Shown: positions 9,108 through 14,224 of the stretch, one piece after another
Position numbering within the stretch: position 1 is the first letter of the stretch
Layout of the letters: every line of letters starts with the position of its first letter
Notes under the pieces: model-generated
Databases searched by the model: none
Told to the model about the DNA's origin: nothing
What the model saw: the letters and a program-made list of their open reading frames with translations, nothing else
Source: a virus
Lineage: Duplodnaviria; Heunggongvirae; Uroviricota; Caudoviricetes
Virus record (IMG/VR): IMGVR_UViG_2565956613_000004
Span: 1-14,224 of that record
Length of the DNA: 14,224 bases
Strand: one strand, 5' to 3'
Position numbers and translations under genes: made by a program

Positions 9108-9959
9108 CTATTGCGCGCTTTCGGGGTTGTCGTTTACTGGCTGCCCCTTCTTAGTTTTACGGCTGCGCGTAACTGATGCGGCTGATTTGACCTTTTTCTC
9201 TTCGCGAGTGATGGCAATTTGTTTTTTTACATTTTCAATATCTGCCAGGCGATATATTTTTGCCTGCGGCCAGCGGTCGCAGATGATCGGTTCTATAGAG
9301 TCATAAAGGCTAAATTTTGCTTTCTCGAATTCACCGTTGATGATGATTCCATCACGGAGAGTTTCATCGCAGATAAACACACCACACAGCGGCACATGGT
9401 AACTAACTGATTTACCATCATTGTAGTTAGGGCTACTGGAAATGTAGTGGACGCGCAGCATTGTTTCGCTAAAGCCGTGTACACGCATACGGAATTTTTC
9501 ATCCTCCGGGTACTGCTTCATTAGCTCTTTTGTTGCTTCCAGGTTCTCTATGTATTTCGCACTGTGCTCATTGATCCCCGCGCTTTTCTGGATGCGAATG
9601 TCCTTATCAATCAGATGAATAATGCGGCCAGCGGTCATGTTGACGCTGTTCACAGCTTCTGTCTGATAAGTCGTAACCTTACGCACACCGCGAAGGATGT
9701 TAGGCACAGGATATAAAATAGTCTTTGGGATATTGAGGTCTGGGTACTGTTCCAGTTCCCGCGCCATTAAAGTCCATTTATCAATTTCAGCCTGAATGCT
9801 GTCCGTTTCTTTGAACGGTAGAACGACAACCGGGCGTACAGGACGACCGTCGCTGGCGGCATCAACGTGTTGGGCGCGTGCAACAGCTTTTTTTAGAAAG
9901 AGATCCCTGAAGCTGACGAACTCCTGGTACAGTTGTTCGCCGTAGACATAATTTATCAT
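9108..9959 (-). CDS. c1: C1 repressor of lysis (primary immunity repressor), 283 aa
   Basis: 283-aa protein beginning MINYVYGEQLYQEFVSFRDLF recognised as P1 C1; GGAGGAGGA RBS; preceded by coi and operator sites; matching operators occur elsewhere in the window. Confidence 0.9.
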   Translation of the reverse strand: MINYVYGEQLYQEFVSFRDLFLKKAVARAQHVDAASDGRPVRPVVVLPFKETDSIQAEIDKWTLMARELEQYPDLNIPKTILYPVPNILRGVRKVTTYQTEAVNSVNMTAGRIIHLIDKDIRIQKSAGINEHSAKYIENLEATKELMKQYPEDEKFRMRVHGFSETMLRVHYISSSPNYNDGKSVSYHVPLCGVFICDETLRDGIIINGEFEKAKFSLYDSIEPIICDRWPQAKIYRLADIENVKKQIAITREEKKVKSAASVTRSRKTKKGQPVNDNPESAQ

Positions 9960-9981
9960 TGATCCTCCTCCAGAATTGACA

Positions 9982-10024
9982 TGGCCAACAACTCACAGCG
10001 GATTACACTGGGAGTTGTTGGCCA
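9982..10024. repeat. perfect 13-bp inverted repeat TGGCCAACAACTC / GAGTTGTTGGCCA with a 17-nt loop, between coi and c1
   Basis: Read directly; lies in the coi-c1 intercistronic region just upstream of the c1 RBS; no T-run follows on either strand. Confidence 0.4.
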
Positions 10025-10069
10025 CCATTATAGAAGGATCCAACGAAAATAATAGATTTATTAGTGCAT

Positions 10070-10279
10070 TTATTGTGAGTCTGGCTGGTTAGTGGCCATG
10101 AGATATTCGATTGTGTCAGTGAGATCATCCAGGTCGTCTTGGGTGATGCGGTACTCCTGATTGGATATCTTTGAGTAGTGTTCAGCAATGGCGCGGGCAG
10201 CGTCGGTTTCGGCAGGGTCTACAGATAAAGCGTTAGAGCAATGTCTAACGTCGTCGATGGTTGGTGGAATGAAAGCCAT
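10070..10279 (-). CDS. coi: Coi, C1 inactivator, 69 aa
   Basis: 69-aa ORF directly upstream of c1 on the same strand, downstream of operator sites; size and sequence recalled as P1 Coi. Confidence 0.8.
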   Translation of the reverse strand: MAFIPPTIDDVRHCSNALSVDPAETDAARAIAEHYSKISNQEYRITQDDLDDLTDTIEYLMATNQPDSQ

Positions 10280-10517
10280 AATTATGCCTCACTGTATTGA
10301 CAACACAGAGCCTGAAGCTCTGACCTACTGTTTCACCCATGATCCATGCTGGGGTAATCTAACAACATTGCGCTGTGTGTAAGATGAGCAATGCATAGCT
10401 GTAATGCCGTTGTATAAGGTTTCCCTGTTTGCTCATTTCCTTCTGAGCCGCTCTACAACGCTGAAGACACATTAAATAGTGAATCCAAAGTCGTATTACG
10501 AAACGGCGGCAAAACTA

Positions 10518-10534
10518 TAATTTATTAGAGCAAT
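10518..10534 (-). promoter_or_regulatory. C1 operator (Op99-type), minus-strand sense ATTGCTCTAATAAATTA
   Basis: 16 of 17 match to the C1 operator consensus; about 240 bp upstream of the coi start. Confidence 0.65.
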
Positions 10535-10600
10535 TGTCAAACAACTATGAAAAACAATCCAGTTTTTGGCTGGTGGAGTGGGATTTTTCTCTCAAAATTT

Positions 10601-10617
10601 ATTGCTCTAATAATTCT
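10601..10617 (+). promoter_or_regulatory. C1 operator (Op99-type) ATTGCTCTAATAATTCT
   Basis: 14 of 17 match to consensus; opposite orientation to the site at 10518, in the coi/c1 control region. Confidence 0.6.
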
Positions 10618-10729
10618 TGATTTTTATGCGCAGCTGGACGTAAACTCCTCTTCGGGCCCTTAAGGGTTATTGAACATGATTAATTTACCTGTAAATCCAT
10701 ACAGTTCAATACCTTATCAGGTCAAATAG

Positions 10730-10751
10730 TGATCACTTGATCATTTGATCA
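10730..10751. promoter_or_regulatory. three TGATCA (Dam GATC) hexamers phased 8 bp apart in the cre upstream region
   Basis: TGATCActTGATCAttTGATCA read directly; a Dam-regulated cre promoter is described for P1 (recalled). Confidence 0.5.
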
Positions 10752-10756
10752 AGGTT

Positions 10757-10815
10757 GCGCTACGTAAAATCTGCGAAATGTTGGCAGTGTTAGTGCTCCA
10801 GATTTCGCGTAGCGC
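10757..10815. repeat. imperfect 17-bp inverted repeat GCGCTACGTAAAATCTG ... CAGATTTCGCGTAGCGC (15 of 17), 25-bp spacer
   Basis: Read directly; ends about 30 bp upstream of the RBS of the 73-aa ORF; no T-run, so more likely a protein-binding site or RNA structure than a terminator. Confidence 0.4.
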
Positions 10816-10847
10816 ACTTAGCACCACCAATCAATCAGAGGTGAAAA

Positions 10848-11069
10848 ATGGGATATTCAGCTGCTAAAGTGTCCACTCATATTGAGCTTGAGAAAAACCG
10901 TGGTTACTGGCGGGCAAAAGGGTTTGATCGTGATAGTTGTCAACTGTCATTATCGCGCGGTGAAGAGAAAATAGAACGCACGCGCGGTCGCTGGCGTTTC
11001 TATGACGAGAACCATAAACAGGTAAAGGCAGAGCCGATCCTGTACACTTTACTTAAAACCATTATCTGA
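10848..11069 (+). CDS. hypothetical 73-aa protein immediately upstream of cre
   Basis: ATG with AGAGGTG RBS at optimal spacing; stop 7 nt before the cre ATG, suggesting co-transcription; no recognisable family. Confidence 0.45.
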   Translation: MGYSAAKVSTHIELEKNRGYWRAKGFDRDSCQLSLSRGEEKIERTRGRWRFYDENHKQVKAEPILYTLLKTII

Positions 11070-11076
11070 GTGTTAA

Positions 11077-12108
11077 ATGTCCAATTTACTGACCGTACAC
11101 CAAAATTTGCCTGCATTACCGGTCGATGCAACGAGTGATGAGGTTCGCAAGAACCTGATGGACATGTTCAGGGATCGCCAGGCGTTTTCTGAGCATACCT
11201 GGAAAATGCTTCTGTCCGTTTGCCGGTCGTGGGCGGCATGGTGCAAGTTGAATAACCGGAAATGGTTTCCCGCAGAACCTGAAGATGTTCGCGATTATCT
11301 TCTATATCTTCAGGCGCGCGGTCTGGCAGTAAAAACTATCCAGCAACATTTGGGCCAGCTAAACATGCTTCATCGTCGGTCCGGGCTGCCACGACCAAGT
11401 GACAGTAATGCTGTTTCACTGGTCATGCGACGGATCCGAAAAGAAAACGTTGATGCCGGTGAACGTGCAAAACAGGCACTGGCGTTCGAACGCACTGATT
11501 TCGACCAGGTTCGTTCACTCATGGAAAATAGCGATCGCTGCCAGGATATACGTAATCTGGCATTTCTGGGGATTGCTTATAACACCCTGTTACGTATAGC
11601 CGAAATTTCCAGGATCAGGGTTAAAGATATCTCACGTACTGACGGTGGGAGAATGTTAATCCATATTGGCAGAACGAAAACGCTGGTTAGCACCGCTGGT
11701 GTAGAGAAGGCACTTAGCCTGGGGGTAACTAAACTGGTTGAGCGATGGATTTCTGTCTCTGGTGTAGCTGATGATCCGAATAACTACCTGTTTTGCCGCG
11801 TCAGAAAAAATGGTGTTGCCGCTCCATCATCCACCAGCCAGCTATCAACTCGCGCCCTGGAAGGGATTTTTGAAGCAACTCACCGATTGATTTACGGGGC
11901 AAAAGATGACTCTGGTCAGCGATACCTGGCCTGGTCTGGACATAGTGCCCGTGTCGGTGCCGCGCGAGATATGGCCCGAGCCGGAGTTTCTATACCGGAG
12001 ATCATGCAAGCTGGTGGCTGGACCAACGTAAATATTGTCATGAACTACATTCGTAACCTGGATAGTGAAACGGGGGCAATGGTGCGCCTGCTGGAAGATG
12101 GCGATTAG
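11077..12108 (+). CDS. cre: Cre tyrosine site-specific recombinase, 343 aa
   Basis: Near-identical to P1 Cre as I recall it (MSNLLTVHQNLPALPVDATSDEVRKNLMDMFRDRQAFSEHTWKMLLSVCRSWAAWCK...); C-terminal catalytic region with HSARVGAARDMARAG and GGWTNVNIVMNYIRNLDSE; differs from my recalled P1 sequence at two positions (IAEISRIRV, APSSTSQ). Confidence 0.97.
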   Translation: MSNLLTVHQNLPALPVDATSDEVRKNLMDMFRDRQAFSEHTWKMLLSVCRSWAAWCKLNNRKWFPAEPEDVRDYLLYLQARGLAVKTIQQHLGQLNMLHRRSGLPRPSDSNAVSLVMRRIRKENVDAGERAKQALAFERTDFDQVRSLMENSDRCQDIRNLAFLGIAYNTLLRIAEISRIRVKDISRTDGGRMLIHIGRTKTLVSTAGVEKALSLGVTKLVERWISVSGVADDPNNYLFCRVRKNGVAAPSSTSQLSTRALEGIFEATHRLIYGAKDDSGQRYLAWSGHSARVGAARDMARAGVSIPEIMQAGGWTNVNIVMNYIRNLDSETGAMVRLLEDGD

Positions 12109-12125
12109 CCGTTCATTTGCTCTTT

Positions 12126-12142
12126 ATTGCTCTAATTATTTG
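12126..12142 (+). promoter_or_regulatory. C1 operator-like site ATTGCTCTAATTATTTG with a partial copy (ATTTGCTCT) just upstream
   Basis: 14 of 17 match to consensus; 18 bp after the cre stop and 17 bp before the 103-aa ORF; resembles the Op2 arrangement that controls ref in P1. Confidence 0.55.
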
Positions 12143-12158
12143 ATATTTATGGTTACAC

Positions 12159-12470
12159 ATGCGGAAGGATTTCAAAATAGACGGAAAATATGTGGTGCTG
12201 TCTGTAAGCTCTCAAATTCAGTCACCATCTGTCATTGTCACCGTAAAGTTGAGCGATAGGATGCCTGATATCGACTCGATATCTGTTGCGTTCCCCGTTA
12301 AAAGCATGCGGAGTGCTGAACATTTTGTGATGAATGCAACGGAGGAGGAAGCACGGCGCGGGCTTACTAGAGTGATGGCGGAATTTGGCGAACTCCTGGG
12401 TAAGGTAAACAATGCCCTTTCAATCAGTTCAGCAAGATCCAAAGCGTTAACAGCTTCCATGATGAAATAA
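12159..12470 (+). CDS. hypothetical 103-aa protein behind a C1 operator (no Cys, one His)
   Basis: ORF track; ends immediately before the hairpin at 12476..12496; weak RBS; preferred over the overlapping minus-strand ORF, which needs a TTG start and spans the hairpin. Confidence 0.4.
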   Translation: MRKDFKIDGKYVVLSVSSQIQSPSVIVTVKLSDRMPDIDSISVAFPVKSMRSAEHFVMNATEEEARRGLTRVMAEFGELLGKVNNALSISSARSKALTASMMK

Positions 12471-12475
12471 AAAAA

Positions 12476-12496
12476 AGCCTGGCAAGGAGCCAGGCT
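12476..12496 (-). terminator. rho-independent terminator for the minus-strand antirepressor-like transcript (stem AGCCTGGC / GCCAGGCT, loop AAGGA, U-run on the minus strand)
   Basis: Plus strand reads A8-GCCTGGC-AAGGA-GCCAGGC; on the minus strand the hairpin is followed by a T8 run; on the plus strand no T-run follows. Confidence 0.5.
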
Positions 12497-12618
12497 GCAC
12501 AAAAGAGCGGGGTTGTATTCCGCATCCAATCAATCAAGAAGGAGTATAGCACACAGGTACTGAAGAGAAAAAATGTGATTCGCGATAGATAAAATAGCCA
12601 CTATTGTTATAATTAATT

Positions 12619-12699
12619 GCCATAATTGAGTTATGGCTTTAGTCAACTACGAAGACATTGCCATTATAGACTCCGTGACATCATTGGCGGCCGAAAGGC
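12619..12699 (+). ncRNA. candidate ~80-nt small RNA: extended -10 promoter (TGTTATAAT at 12605..12613), 5' hairpin GCCATAA-TTGAG-TTATGGC, 3' intrinsic terminator
   Basis: All elements read directly; no convincing ORF (the 72-aa ORF 12633..12851 runs through the terminator); complementary to the 3' UTR of the convergent minus-strand mRNA. Not tested. Confidence 0.2.
12676..12699 (+). terminator. strong rho-independent terminator on the plus strand (GGCGGCC-GAAA-GGCCGCC followed by TTTTTT)
   Basis: Perfect 7-bp GC stem with GAAA tetraloop and a T6 run, read directly; ends the cre-side transcription unit and/or a short transcript from the promoter at 12605..12613. Confidence 0.7.
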
Positions 12700-12711
12700 C
12701 GCCTTTTTTAA

Positions 12712-13770
12712 TCATTCAGCCGCCACCGGTTTTAACAAGCCAGCATCGAGCAGTTTACGCGTCAACCACTGTTGGCCTTTCCCCGTTAATTGAGGCGTCA
12801 GCCGTATCTGATAGCCATCTTCATCATCCAGCACCACTTCTTTCACTGTGAAATATCCGGCGTTTATGTACTGCTGAAACGGTACATTTTTACGTCCGCC
12901 GGACGCAATCAGGATGCCGTTCTCCCGTAACCAGGTAAACAACGCGTTTTGCTTAAGCCCAACAACCTTTGCAAAATTTCCAATCAGGATCCCCTTGGCC
13001 CCTGATACCCGGTCGGCAAAATCGACTTTAGGGGCGGCGGCCACCAGCTGCTGATTTAGCTGGTGGGCTTTCTGTTCCAGAAGTTGCTTTTGTTCAGCCA
13101 GCTCGGCAGCCAGGCGCAGAGCTTCGGGGAGTGTTTGGGGAATCACTGGAGAAGCAGTGCTAGCCTGCTGCAATTCCTCCAGTTTGTCGATCAGCGAACG
13201 GCGGACCGCTTTTGACTCGCGCGCGGCAACTCTCAGGGCTTGTTTGTAGGTCATGGAGATAGTTTCAGATGTTGTGTTGTTTAATTTTTGCACTACGAAA
13301 ATTTCGTAGTACTCACCATCCAGTTCATCCTTAACTCTGGCAATAAAATCATTATTGCGAACTGGTTTTTCGCTACATAATTTCCGCGCTTCATTGACCA
13401 TCTTTAACAGCGTCTGGCTGTCGATTGTGTCTCCGGTGTTGGGGATAGCATCCATGGCCGTTGCTGGTGTGGTTGCTGTCAAAGGCTTTGTAACGACAAC
13501 ATCTGGTTTGCTTGCTTTCATTCTGTGTGCCTCCTTGCGTGTTTCGGCTGCGACGGTTGCGTAATTCAGATGCCCCTGTTCGAGCAGGTATTCGCGAATA
13601 TCAGACAGCAGGATACGGTGAACCGCGTTCTTGTCCTTTCTCCGGTAAAGTTGTTTGGTGATCATGAAGTAGTTGGCAATAACACCCGGTATATCCCTGG
13701 TACTGATACAGGCAGTGTGCTGTTCAATTGCCTCAATCATCTCTTCACGGGTGACTAATGACGTTCTCAT
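12712..13770 (-). CDS. antirepressor-like protein with a C-terminal KilA-C/ANT-type domain, 352 aa
   Basis: Strong GGAGGG RBS 4 nt before the ATG; C-terminal segment FADRVSGAKGILIGNFAKVVGLKQNALFTWLRENGIL...NVPFQQYINAGYFTVKEV...TPQLTGKGQQWL resembles phage antirepressor C-terminal (KilA-C/ANT) domains; the N-terminal ~80 aa may be Rha-like, which is uncertain. Confidence 0.75.
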   Translation of the reverse strand: MRTSLVTREEMIEAIEQHTACISTRDIPGVIANYFMITKQLYRRKDKNAVHRILLSDIREYLLEQGHLNYATVAAETRKEAHRMKASKPDVVVTKPLTATTPATAMDAIPNTGDTIDSQTLLKMVNEARKLCSEKPVRNNDFIARVKDELDGEYYEIFVVQKLNNTTSETISMTYKQALRVAARESKAVRRSLIDKLEELQQASTASPVIPQTLPEALRLAAELAEQKQLLEQKAHQLNQQLVAAAPKVDFADRVSGAKGILIGNFAKVVGLKQNALFTWLRENGILIASGGRKNVPFQQYINAGYFTVKEVVLDDEDGYQIRLTPQLTGKGQQWLTRKLLDAGLLKPVAAE

Positions 13771-13988
13771 AGTCCCTCCTGAGCAGAAGCGTTAACAGGG
13801 AGGCACCAGTAACTGAGAGAATTGCGCGAATCGGTAGAAAAACGGGCGGAGAAAATGCAGGGAGCATCCGGAAGCTGAGAACGTGCCTCATCTTCTGTTG
13901 GTGCGATAACGAAGTGATAGTGACGTTTTTGACAAGAATAGAAGCGCCAGATGAATTCAGGGCGTGCGCAAGGATTGGCATTAACCAT
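13767..13988 (-). CDS. possible 73-aa ORF upstream of and overlapping (ATGA) the antirepressor-like gene
   Basis: ORF track; GAGG 9 nt upstream of the ATG; the stop overlapping the downstream ATG is forced by the frame, so support is weak. Confidence 0.25.
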   Translation of the reverse strand: MVNANPCARPEFIWRFYSCQKRHYHFVIAPTEDEARSQLPDAPCIFSARFSTDSRNSLSYWCLPVNASAQEGL

Positions 13989-14224
13989 AGTTACGGCCTC
14001 ACTAACAGGTTTAACAACCTGCTACCCGCTGCTAAACAGGTGGCAGGACGTGACGGGGTTAGCAGACTGGCGTTAGTGAAACCAGCAGGCCGAAGCCTCC
14101 CCATCACGCCCCACCATAATTTGGGCGTAACGCGGTTTTACGGACACAAAAATACCGCAATATCGGATATCTGCGGTTGTCCACACTAACATTCAGGCTG
14201 CTAAACCCGGTCGCAGAATTTGCT

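Noticed and set aside
10730-10751. The TGATCA triple as a second pac site
   Set aside because: Only three hexamers and no second cluster at the right distance; more likely Dam-dependent promoter control of cre.
12218-12529. 103-aa minus-strand ORF overlapping the plus-strand 103-aa ORF
   Set aside because: Requires a TTG start without an RBS and would contain the terminator hairpin at 12476..12496; the plus-strand ORF behind the operator is the better model, though neither is certain.
12633-12851. 72-aa plus-strand ORF
   Set aside because: Reads straight through the strong intrinsic terminator at 12676..12699 and into the 3' end of the convergent gene.
13284-13300. Near-perfect palindrome CTACGAAAATTTCGTAG
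   Set aside because: Lies inside the antirepressor-like coding region with no flanking signals; probably coincidental, though a binding site cannot be excluded.
13745-13981. 78-aa minus-strand ORF overlapping the antirepressor-like gene start
   Set aside because: Out of frame with and 26 nt into the strongly supported downstream gene; the alternative 73-aa frame (13767..13988) is the only one retained, at low confidence.
13914-14189. 91-aa plus-strand ORF in the right-end leader
   Set aside because: No RBS, Arg/Gly-rich composition typical of an off-frame read in GC-richer DNA, and overlaps the repeat array; treated as non-coding.
1-14224. tRNA, rRNA, CRISPR arrays, IS elements or transposases
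   Set aside because: No cloverleaf-like conserved tRNA segments, no direct-repeat/spacer arrays, no terminal inverted repeats with a transposase ORF; cre is the only recombinase seen.

Overview
This 14.2-kb window reads as a segment of a P1-family (P1/P7-like) phage-plasmid, spanning the packaging / immunity-C / cre junction. The core genes are recognisable directly from their protein sequences: hot, humD behind a strong LexA box, the phd-doc addiction module, pdcA/pdcB-like ORFs, lpa, pacA-pacB with the hexamer-repeat pac site inside pacA, the coi-c1 operon on the minus strand, then cre. Four 17-mers matching the P1 C1 operator (ATTGCTCTAAT...) sit upstream of lpa, upstream of coi (two) and just downstream of cre. 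Two parts are not explained by genes I recognise and are where anything new is most likely: the left 3 kb (six ORFs of unknown function and a 660-bp structured gap holding a 45-aa hydrophobic ORF) and the 2 kb to the right of cre (an operator-controlled 103-aa ORF, a convergent KilA-C/ANT-type antirepressor-like gene, overlapping terminators, a possible small RNA and a repeat-rich leader). I found no canonical 34-bp loxP anywhere in the window, which is unexpected next to a near-P1 cre. No rRNA, tRNA, CRISPR array, transposase or integrase other than cre was seen. All calls rest on reading the sequence and on recalled P1 protein sequences and gene order; no database search or computation was run, so P1 comparisons are from memory.
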